A stretch of 64,000 nt of DNA from Octopus vulgaris. Taxonomy: Eukaryota. The stretch is taken from positions 66,712,001 through 66,776,000 of the forward strand of contig OX597816.1 in assembly GCA_951406725.2 (NCBI GenBank), read 5' to 3'. The notes below the pieces were generated by a model. It had not been told where the DNA came from and ran no database searches. It worked only from the letters and a program-made list of their open reading frames with translations. The first letter of the stretch is position 1, and each line of letters begins with the position of its first letter. Shown here in pieces: positions 53,566-64,000 of this stretch. The translations under genes and the position numbers were made by a program.

Positions 53566-53854
53566 TATTTACAGAAAAATATTTTGAATTAAACATGTTT
53601 AATTTAAAATATTTGGTGCATGGGTAGTTGAGAAACTTGTTTCCCAACCATGTTGGATTGGATTCAGCCCCACTATATGGCGCTTCAAGCAGAGCAGACA
53701 AAAGAGTGATGGATTGTAATAGAAATGGATAATTGGTAATAATGAATGTTGGCTATCAATACCAACAGAAATACATGCAGATATGATGTGATTCCTTATA
53801 TATATGATTCATGACGGAAGAGACAGTTACAGTAACATGGATCAGAAATAGAAG

Positions 53855-54013
53855 AGTTACATACATTATTTACATTTGACGGATATTTGCCCTCATCTTG
53901 TTTGTTGTTAATACGTTTCTGCTGATATACCCTCCAGCCTTTATCAGGTGTCTTGGGGAAATTTCGAACCTGGGTTCTCATTCCTAAGGTATTTTTCAAT
54001 GTTATTATTATCA

Positions 54014-54050
<37 letters not shown>

Positions 54051-54253
54051 GCTTCTCGGCCTAACAGGCCAAGCTCAATATTATTATTATTATTATTATT
54101 GTTGTTGTTCAGGCCATTGCTTGGAATCAAACTCGGAATCTTGGGGCTGGAGGGTATATCAGCCGAAACATTGTGTTAACAACAAACAAGATGAGGACAA
54201 ATATCCATCGAATGTAAATAATGTACATAATTTCTCATCTCTTAAATATAGAA
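53855..54253. mobile_element. Penelope-like remnant: inverted pair of hammerhead-bearing termini around (ATT)n
   Basis: ~53860-53939 is the reverse complement of ~54145-54228; both carry ggctg-gagggtatat-cagc(c)-gaaac. Confidence 0.7.
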
Positions 54254-55018
54254 CAGAAGAGTTACATGTTAGAGAAAGAAGAGGGTCAGAAATGTCCAGC
54301 GACATCCCTAGTTACACTGGATGTATAGCACTTTGAGAAAGACAGATCCACTGCCACCCTCAGTCACACACACACTAACAGAACAGTACAATGAGAATGA
54401 GAGATGAGTGACAAGGGAGCCAGTACAAGAAGGGTACATGTGACAATGTCACAAAGATGAGAAGAGTAGCTAAAAAGCAGATGTAGACTTCTCAGTATAT
54501 ACAAATCTGTGTGTGTGTGTGTGCATATGAGTAAGTTATGTCACCCAACCTCTATCATGACACAATTTTAAAGTCAGTTTTGCCATGCCTGCATAGGTGG
54601 GGAGATCTTCTGCACTGATTGGCATCAAATAAAGTGGCCCTTTGTCTTCTCTTCCATGAGATGCAGCAACTTCAAATCCTTCTTCCCCACTTCATCCCAT
54701 TTCTCTCTCAGGTTCCCTTTTCCTAAAGATGCATTCACTTTTGACTGTACAATATTTCTTCATACAGCTCCTCTCAATCTCTCTATAGTCATTACACACT
54801 TATATCAAATGCATATTTCTCCATTTCACACTACAACTCATTTCTTTTATGTTCAGTTTTTCTTTCAATTCATTTATATTGCTGTTTCTGCACACTAATA
54901 TCATACACACGGCAGGTAAGGTGGCAAGCTGACAGAATCTTTAGAAGAAGGGGGAAACTTCTACATAGGTGCAGGCATGGCTGTGTGGTAAGAAGTTTGC
55001 TTCTTACCACACAGCCAT

Positions 55019-55253
55019 AAGGCGCTGAGCTGGCAGAAATGTTAGCACGCCGGGCGAAAAGTTTTGTGGTATTTCATCCGCCGTTACGTTCTGAGTTCAA
55101 ATTCCGCTGAGGTTGACTTTGCCTTTCATCCTTTCAGGGTCAATAAATTAAGTACCAGTTACGCACTGAGGTAGATGTAATCAACTTAATCCCTTTGTCT
55201 GTCCTTGTTTGTCCCCTCAGTGTTTAGCTCCTTGTGGACAATAAAGAAATAAG
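55019..55253 (+). mobile_element. SINE family B nested in a family-A head
   Basis: TSD taagaa(g/a)tttgcttc at 54989-55003 and 55250-55264. Confidence 0.88.
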
Positions 55254-55524
55254 AAATTTGCTTCCCCACCACATAGTTCCATGTTCAGTCCCACTGCATG
55301 GCATCTTGGGCAAGTGTTTTCTACTAGCTCAGAAACAACCAAAGCTTTATGAGTGTATTTAGTAGATGGAGACTGAAAGAAGCCTGTGTGTGTGTCTCTT
55401 TGTGTTTATTCTTCACCATCGCTTGACAACCTTAATAACCAGTGTTGGTTTGATCAACCATCAATTCACCTTTTCAAAAAAAAAGGCAACACACTGGACA
55501 GTCTGAAAATAGCGGCACGGGTGG

Positions 55525-55786
55525 TTGTGATACCCGTGTCGGTGGCATGTAAAAAGCACCATCTGAACGTGACCGATGCCAGCGCCACCTTGACTGGCTT
55601 CCATGCCGGTGGAACGTAAAAAGCACCCACTACACTCATGGAGTGATTGGAGTTAGGAAGGGCATCCAGCTGTAGAAACACTGCCAGATCAGACTGGAGC
55701 CTGGTGCAGCATCCTGGCTTCCCAGACCCCAGTCGAACTGTCCAACCCATGCTAGCATGGAAAATGGATGTTAAACGATGATGATG
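55525..55786 (+). mobile_element. SINE family D
   Basis: 2 modules, core and (GAT)n. Confidence 0.88.
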
Positions 55787-55807
55787 AATAGTAATAATAA
55801 TAACTAA

Positions 55808-56130
55808 CTGTCACTCTGTTGGTTATGATGGCGAGTGTTCCAGTTGATCTGATTGACAGAACAACCTGCTCATGAAATTAACGTGCAAGGAGCTGAGCAC
55901 TCCACAAACACGTGTACCCTTAATGAAGTTCTCAAGGAGATTCAGCATGATACAGAATGTAACAAGGACGATCCTTTGCATTACAGGTATAGCTCATTTT
56001 TGCCAGCTGAGTGGAATGGAGCTAGGTGGAATAAAGTGTCTTGTTCAAGGACACAATGCATAGCTGGGAATCGAACTCACGACCTTACAATTGTGAGGCA
56101 AACACCCTAACCACTAAACCACGTGCCCTC
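55808..56130 (-). mobile_element. SINE family E (tRNA-derived head)
   Basis: Minus-strand head 'gggcacgtggtttagtggttagggtg...gagttcgattccc' with A and B boxes. Confidence 0.8.
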
Positions 56131-56940
56131 ACAACAACAACAACCATGATAACAATAATAAAGCCTATTTCCAAACTTGAACTTCCTTAAACAATAGTAT
56201 TTAGTTAATGACAATAACGAACAATATAACAACCCTATTAATTTAGCAAAAGAAAAGAATAAAATAAAACATACACAACAGTAGCAAACTAAAAGCTATT
56301 TCAAAAGAGTAAATTCCAGTTCTTGACTGAGATAAAATTCTGACATTTAAAAATTCCACTGCTATTCCACAGTAACCTCACAGATTTATTTATGTCAGTC
56401 TTGCAAAACTGTCAAAAAGAACGCTACCAACCTTTTAACATTTACAAAGAATTTTAACTTGCTGATGTCAACTATTTATAAGTTAACCCATATTTTCAGG
56501 CAAGTAGTTTCATAATACATGATGTATTTGTAAATAGAATGTTATGAATTCCATTGAAATGGGTTCAATCTCTGAGATGGATGCTCCACTCCCTCCTCTA
56601 ATGTAACCAAGCTTGCACAAAAGATTTTAAAAAAATACTTTATTTAAAAAGACAAGAAAATATTGCAAGATAGAGAGAATTCAATTTAGTGAATTTACTA
56701 AAGAAGTCGAATAAATGAAACTGAAGAATTCACAAACAGAAAGAAAAAAACAAACCTTGAGCTACATATTCTGTGACTAATTCTTTCCCACTGTATTACA
56801 TAAGACAGTGGCTTTCAGAATTGCTGTAGAAGACAAAGTGCCTTGTGCTATTTAACTAAGTCCTTTGATGCTCTCAGGTCCAGTTCTGCCCGTTTTGCTT
56901 TTCATTCATTCTTCAGAGGTTGATAAAATACATACATGCT

Positions 56941-57200
56941 TCTGGGAAGCCAGAAGGCTGCACCAGGCTCCAGTCTGATCTGGCAGTGTTTCTACAGCTG
57001 GATGCCCTTCCTAACGCCAACCACTCCGAGAGAGCACCCACTACACTCTTGGAGTGGTTGGCGTTAGGAAGGGCATCCAGCTGTAGAAACACTGCCAGAT
57101 CAGACTGGAGCCTGGTGCAGCCTTCTGGCTTCCCAGATCCCCGGTTGAACCGTCCAACCCATGCTAGCATGGAGAACGGACGTTAAATGATGATAAATGA
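56941..57200 (+). mobile_element. SINE family D with 92-bp fold-back at its 5' end
   Basis: Arms 56941-57032 and 57046-57137, 1 mismatch. Confidence 0.9.
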
Positions 57201-57815
57201 TGACAGTAGGTACAGACATGGCTGCATGGTTAAGACTCTCACTTTGCAGCCATGTGAGTTCAGATTCAGTACCACTATGCAGCATCTTAAGTATATTCTA
57301 CTATAACCCCAGGCTGACCAATGCCTCAAGTGGGAGTTTGATAGATGTGAGGAACACACTTGTGTGTGTGTGTGTTGGGGGGGGGGGGTGTAGGTATGTA
57401 TGTGTGCCTTTGTGTTTGTTAACAGGTGTTGGTTTGTTTACATCCCTGTAACTTAGCAGTTCAGCAAAAGAGATGGATAGATGTACCAGACTTTAAAATA
57501 AGTACAGGGGTCAATTTGTTTGTCCAAAACTTCTCAAGGTGGTGCTGCTGCATGGATATAATAGTTCAACAAGTAAAAGGTGTATGCAAGAAGGTTGTAC
57601 CTCACTATGGCAGTGTCAATGCTTTTGTTTTGTTTTTGCCATGGTACAACAACAACAAAATACCTCCAAAACAAAAACAAACAAGAATAATCAGAAGAAA
57701 TACTTGATTCAATATTAGCTATTAAAAACTTTTAAGAACTTTCTCGACAACAACTGACGTTAGCATTTTAATGTATTACTAGCAGTATGATGTGGTTGTG
57801 TGGTAAGAAGCTTGC

Positions 57816-58263
57816 AGAAACGAGCTGGTGAGTTAGCAGAAATGTTAGCATACCAAGCGAAATGCCTAACGGTATTTTGTCTGCTGTTACATTCTGAGTT
57901 CAAATTCCACCGAGGTCGACTTTGCCTTTCATCCTTTCGGGGTCGATAAATTAAGCACCAGTTACGCACTGGGGTCGATGTAATCGACTATATCCCTTTG
58001 TCTGTCCCCTCTATGTTTAGCCCCTTGTGGACAATAAAGAAATAAGAAACGTTAGCATGCTGGGCGAAATGCCTAGCGGTATTTTGTCTGCCGTTACGTT
58101 CTGAGTTCAAATTCCGCCGAGGTCGACTTTGCCTTTCATCCTTTCGGGGTCGATAAATTAAGCACCAGTTATGCACTGGAGTCGATCTAATCAACTTAAT
58201 CCCTTTGTGTGTCCTTGTTTGTCCCCTCTATGTTTAGCCCCTTGTGGGCAATAAAGAAATAAG
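57816..58263 (+). mobile_element. SINE family B dimer nested in a family-A head
   Basis: Perfect TSD taagaagcttgc at 57804-57815 and 58260-58271. Confidence 0.9.
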
Positions 58264-59558
58264 AAGCTTGCTTCCCAACCACATGGTTCTGGGTTCAGTC
58301 CCACTGCATGGAACCTTAGGCAAGTGTCTTCTATTGTAGCCACAGGCCAACCAATGCCTTGTGAATGGATTTGGTAGATGGAAACTGAAAGAAGCCTGTT
58401 GTGTCATGTGCATGTGTCTTTGTGTGTTTGCCCCCCCCCACCACCACCACTGTTTGACAACCGGTGCAAATGTATTGTTTACATCCTTGTAACTTAGCGG
58501 TTCAGCAAAAGAGAGTGATAGAATAAGTACTTGGCTTTAAAATAATAAGTACTGGAGTCAATACATTCGACTAAAATTCTTCAAAGCGGTGCCCCAGCAT
58601 GGCCACAGTCTAATAACTGAAACAAGCAAAACATAAAAGTACTGCGATCACTATAATTCATGAACCCCTCCCTCAAAATTTCAGACCTTGTACTTATAGT
58701 AGAAATCATTGTCATCATCATCATTATTATAATTAAGGCAGTGAACTAGCAGAGTCATTAGCGTACTGGACAAAATGCTTAGCACCATTTCTTTCGATTC
58801 TCAGTTCAAGTTCCACCAAGGTCAATTTTGCCTTTTATCCTTTCAATAAAATAAGCTCCAGTCAAGTACTAGTTTTGGTATAATTAACTATCCCTTTGCC
58901 TAAAATTGCAGGCCTTTTGGCAGAATTTGAAATCATCATCATTATTATTTTTATTAGTAGTGTTGTTCTTAAGGCGGTGAGCTGGCAGGACAGTAAGAGC
59001 ATTGAACAAAATGTCCAACATTTCTTTGGGATCATTATGTTCTGAGTGCAAATTCCACTAATGTTGACTTAATCATCCTTTCAAAGTTGATAAAACAAGT
59101 ACTGGGGTTCATATAATTGACTTGCCCGCTTCATTCAAAATTGTAGGTCTTGTGCCAAATTTAGAAAGAATTTTTATTGTAATAACTAAGGTGACAAGTT
59201 GGCAGAATAATTAGTGCATTGGACAAAATTCTTCGCAGCATTTCTTCCATATCTTTTGATTCTGACTTTAAATTCCATGAAGGTTGAATTTGCTTTCCAT
59301 CTTTACGGGGTTGATAAAATAAAGTACTAGTCAAGACATAATCTAGAACTATTTGACATCTATTTCTAGTAGGTCAAGTAACCATCCAGGGGTTTCCTCA
59401 TTTCTGATGTTGCAGTCTTCATAAGCTTCTAGGTAAGCAAAGTTTATGAGCTGGATTCAGTTTGTCATATGAAGTAATTTTGCTTTGCTTACATCACTAA
59501 TACATTTGGAATAAACAGAAATATTTTGCTCTCTTGAATTCCCCTTTAAATCACTTAA

Positions 59559-59778
59559 CCCTTTCATTACTGTATTTATTTTGAAATGCTCTGTGTTTCT
59601 TTCAATTATTTTAAATATAACAAAGAATTTAGTAAAATAACTTAGTTATCATTCAGCTAGTGTTAGGAACATAAATTGTGACTAAGGTTTGGTGGAAGAT
59701 TTTAATTCAGAACTTTTGAAAACAAGACATTTGTACTCAGAACCAGCGACAGTTTCAGCTGGGTTTGTAATGAAAGGG
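59559..59778. mobile_element. piggyBac-type MITE (family P2)
   Basis: TTAA|ccctttcattac ... gtaatgaaaggg|TTAA, perfect 12-bp TIR. Confidence 0.9.
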
Positions 59779-60627
59779 TTAAGCAGCCTCTCTAAGCAAA
59801 CTGTTATTCACTTTAACCCCAAACAATACACTTAACTGTTTAAGCCACCTTGGAATAGCTTTACACAACATTATTCTTCTGAAAAGGTAAGACTGTCTAC
59901 ATAAAATTTTCAAGGACAAAGAGAAGTCAGCTTGGTCTAATGGTAGTGGGGGAGAGAAAAACTTCAGATTTAGAGTAGATATTGCTAAGCCCTAGAAATT
60001 AAGGCACCACAAGTCATCAAAAGACTATTCTGCAAAGTTTTAAAATTGAGAAAGGCAATTTTAATATCCTTTACAAGTTCTTATGTTACATCATCATAAT
60101 TTCATGTCCATTTTTCTATGCTTGCATGAGTCAGACAGAATATGTTGAAACAGATTTTCTACAGTCAATGACCTTCCTGTCACTAACCCTCACCTGTTTC
60201 TCAGCAAGGTAACATTTTTCCATAGTTAGACATGCTTTTCATAGAAGACTGGAGACAAACAACCTCACTTGTATGAAGATGATGCTCAATTACAATCATG
60301 ACATGAAGTTCAGACAAGAGTACACACAAACACATACAATAGATTTCTTTCAGTTTCCGTCGTCCAAATCCACTCACAAGACTTGGGTCAGCCTGAGTCT
60401 ATTGTAGAAGACACTTGCCCAAGGTGTTATGTAGTGGAACTGAACCCTAGATAACATTGTAGGGAATCGTGCTTAACTATACAGCCACACTTGTTCATGA
60501 ATAATTAAACTGCTGATTTGCCTCCTAAATAAATTTTGTCATTAGAATAGAATGCCTTGCAATATTTGTTCTGGCTTTCAGAGTTCAAATTCTACCAAAG
60601 TCAACATTGCCTTTCACACATTTAAAG

Positions 60628-61272
60628 CAGCAGTTCTCAATCATTTTTTTTTTTCATACAGACTCTTTTGATTCCTATTTTACTTGGATGAACTGTCCTA
60701 GCCATTTGATGTTGCAAAACATCATATTTCATTTCTATACTCTTTTACTCGTTTCAGTCATTTGACTGCGGCCATGCTAGAGCGCCGTCTTTAGTCAAGT
60801 AAATCGACCCCAGGACTTATTCTTTGTAAGCCTAGTACTTATTCTATCGGTCTCTTTTGCCGAAACACTAGTTATGGGGACGTTAACACACCAGCATCGG
60901 TTGTCGAGCGATGTTGGGGGGACAAACACAGACATACAAACATATATACACACATACGACGGGCTTCTTTCAGTTTCCGTCTACCAAATCCACTCACAAG
61001 GCTTTGGTTGGCTTGAGGTTATAGTAGAAGACACTTGCCCAAGGTGCCACGCAGTGGGATTGAACCCAGAACCATGTGGTTGGTAAGCAAGCTACTTACC
61101 ACACAGCCACTCCTGCGCCTAAATAAATATTATTAGGAATTGTATAAAAAAAAAATTGTTAAAATATTTTGTGTATCACTGAAGTATAACCAATTTATTA
61201 CACATTAATTTTAACAACAAAATTCTATGTGAACCCTCAGGAGTCAAAGTGGACCCTGGTCGAGAACCACTG
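60628..61272. mobile_element. hAT-like MITE with nested family-A SINE (~60678-61120, minus strand)
   Basis: cagcagttctc/gagaaccactg ends; flanks atttaaag/attttgag (6/8). Confidence 0.65.
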
Positions 61273-61299
61273 ATTTTGAGCTTGATAAATAAAGTATGA

Positions 61300-61804
61300 A
61301 AGACCGAGACCTGTGGAGATATGCTGTGACTTCGAAGACCCGACAAATGAAGTGAGCTCATGGTTCACAAGACAGCCTGCTGTGCTAACCTTGGATCGTA
61401 GAGTGACCTGCTGTGCTTGAGGAGACCTACTGAGTCAAGTACATCAACATCAAAATAAAAATTCAAATGGAAATTGCAGTCAAGACACCCGTGCCGGTGA
61501 CACATAAAAAGCGCCGTCCAAACGTGGCAGATGCCAGCACTGCCTGACTAGCGTCCGTGTCGGTGACACGTAAAAGCACCAACTGATCATGGCCGTTTGC
61601 CAGCCTGCTCTGGCCCCTGTGCCGGTGGCACGTAAAAAGCACCCACGACACTCATGGAGCGGTTGGCGTTAGGAAGGGCATCCAGCTGTAGAAACACTGC
61701 CAAATCAGACTAGAGCCCAATGCAGCCTCCATGGCTTACCAGACCCTGGTCGAACCGTCCAACCCATGCTAATGTGGAAAACGGACGTTAAATGATGATG
61801 ATGA
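61300..61804 (+). mobile_element. SINE family D, long copy
   Basis: Extra 5' sequence, 3 modules, core and (GAT)n. Confidence 0.85.
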
Positions 61805-62906
61805 TTTCTCAAGAAAAATATCAAATATTAAGTACGCTCCATAGGAAAACATTAAAAAGAGGGTAACATATGGTTACTGAATTACCAAAATAGGTCATGA
61901 TGGTAAAAGTTTGGGAGCTTCTGACATAGAAGAAAATGTTTTTTATGAGCACAAAAGGTGTTCCCAGTGTTTGAGATAGGTTTAAGGAACAAAAGCTGTA
62001 GAGTAGGATAATGTCAGTGTGTGTGTTGTGGTAGTAGTGACAGTTAGGCTAATTGGTGCTACTTCCATACAAATATATTTTGAGTACATACATGGCTTGT
62101 TTCACTAGATAGCATGCATGCATATGTGTGTGTGTGTGTGTGTGTATGTGTAATATGTGTGCATGTGTCTGCAAGTGCATGTGTGTATATCAATATGTGT
62201 GAGTGTATCTGTGAATGTGTGCATGTGTCAGCAAGTGCATGGGTGCACACACACATATCTGGCATACACAAGCATACCTAGTATAAGTATGTGTGTGTAC
62301 GATTGCACACACACACACACACACTCAGTAGTTGTAAAAGACAGAAAGACAGATTAAGTAGCTAGTTCAATACCAGCAACATGATTGAATTCAAGCTGTA
62401 CTATCACTGTGTAGTTTCTGAGCAAGGAACATGAAAAAATTCATTTCCCTCAGTTATAAAAAAAAAAAAAAAGAAATCCCCTCTCAATTTAGTTCCAGTT
62501 AGTAGCACAGTAACAAAGTATATATACAAATATGACCATTTGCTTCTAAAATCTAATATGCAAATAACAGAATTTGCAAAACTAGGAAAAATAGAAGTAA
62601 AATAATTAAATTCTTTGTTGTTGTTCTCTTTTTTTTTTTTAAAGTTATGTGGTTAGTAGTTAATATGTTGAAGAAGTAATTTTAAAAAGTTCTATTTTAA
62701 CAACTTTGTGTTACACTATATATTATAAATGTCTTCTTTTTTTTTTCGCCGAAATCAGAAGATGAGGAGCTGCACTTCCAGGCTTTGTAGGCTCTCCCAG
62801 ACAATTACTACACAATGTACAAAACTCAAGCATAACTGTGCGGTTGAAAGTTTATTTAGCAACCAAACAATCAAGCCTGCAGTTTGATATATGCATATAT
62901 ATATAT

Positions 62907-63232
62907 AAACAATTGCAGCGTGGAAGGTGTTTATAAGCCATTTAAGAAACACACAAAATCCAAAAGATTCACTTCAACATTTAAATTTCATTTGTCAAAA
63001 TATTTTCGTTGCTTTGAGACCGCGACCTGTTCATTGACAAAACATCAGAGATGAAGCACAAAGTTTTGTCAAAGCGACGAAAATATTTTGACAAATTAAA
63101 TTTAAATGTTGAAGTGAATCTAACGGATTTTGTGTGTTTCTAAAATGGCTTATAAACACCTTCCGCACTGCAATTGTTTTTGTTCCAGCACACAATCTCA
63201 GATCAGGTCATTTGCTATGCAAGTACATCTCC

Positions 63233-63281
<49 letters not shown>

Positions 63282-63555
63282 AATTGCAGCATGGCAGGTG
63301 CTTATAAGCCATTTAAAAACACACAAAAACCATCAGATTCACTTCAATATTTAAATTTAATTTGTCAAAATAGTTTCGTTGCTTTGAAACTGCGACCTGT
63401 CCACCGACAAAATTCTGTGCTGCATCTGCATTTTGTCAGTGAACAGGTCATGGTTTTTGTGTTTTTAAATGGCTTATAAACACCTTCACACTGCAATTGT
63501 TTTTGTTTCAGCACAAAATCTCAGATCAAGTCACTTGCTATGCAAGTACATCTCG
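62907..63555. mobile_element. Two tandem inverted-repeat units of a Penelope-like remnant with variant hammerhead motifs
   Basis: Units ~62907-63232 and ~63278-63555, each an inverted pair, separated by (TA)n. Confidence 0.7.
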
Positions 63556-63566
63556 GTAATAACATA

Positions 63567-63613
63567 CAGTAGTACCTCAGTTTTCGAACAACTCTGATCT
63601 TGAATAAATTGTG

Positions 63614-63666
<53 letters not shown>

Positions 63667-63751
63667 CATACATACATTACATTGACAGATAGATGCAGAT
63701 ATATATAAAGCATGATTTATTTGTGATCAGAGCATTTGTAAACCAAGGTTC

Positions 63752-63757
<6 letters not shown>
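63567..63757. mobile_element. Tigger/pogo-like MITE, degraded
   Basis: TA|cagtagtacctcagttt ... aaaccaaggttctacta, imperfect TIRs, internal (TA)n. Confidence 0.5.
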
Positions 63758-63795
<38 letters not shown>

Positions 63796-64000
63796 GACCC
63801 TCCATGTTTGTTTTCATTCAGTTTTCTTGTATGTCTCCACTGTCATGTTTTTGTTCCCAACTTTGATCCTCCATAAATCATAAATTTTATTTAAGAATTC
63901 ATGGGAGCAACTGTCTTTGAAAACTTATTGTCATTGAATGCTTGAAATGAGGAGTAGATAGACAGCCAACAACTGATGAAGGGTCCTTTCTCTGTGTTTA

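Noticed and set aside
63960-64000. CTGATGA near the window end as another hammerhead
   Set aside because: Stem II and GAAA are not visible before the window ends, so it cannot be evaluated.

Overview
AT-rich, repeat-dense eukaryotic DNA with no recognisable intact host protein-coding gene. The repeat families look like those of an octopus (coleoid cephalopod) genome; this is inferred from family resemblance, not a database search. The window is best read as part of a very long intron or intergenic region. It holds dozens of tRNA-derived or RTE-tailed SINEs built from shuffled modules, decayed CR1-type and RTE LINE fragments, a decayed Helitron Rep/Pif1 remnant with nested elements, several non-autonomous Helitrons, piggyBac, hAT and 8-bp-TSD MITEs, and a full-length but inactivated Tc1 element with DD36E spacing. 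Almost all supplied ORFs are microsatellite or SINE artefacts. The most interesting signals are RNA-structural. (1) Penelope-like remnants carry minimal hammerhead ribozymes, including a family whose reconstructed core is GUGAACA, a G3:C8 swap of the canonical C3:G8 pair. (2) One SINE family is built from tandem H-type pseudoknot modules. (3) A polypyrimidine-CAG|GTGAGT candidate recursive splice site lies on the minus strand. (4) Fold-back inverted duplications recur at the 5' junctions of retroposon insertions. SINE family letters (A-G) are my own labels, and most SINE and LINE boundaries are approximate.
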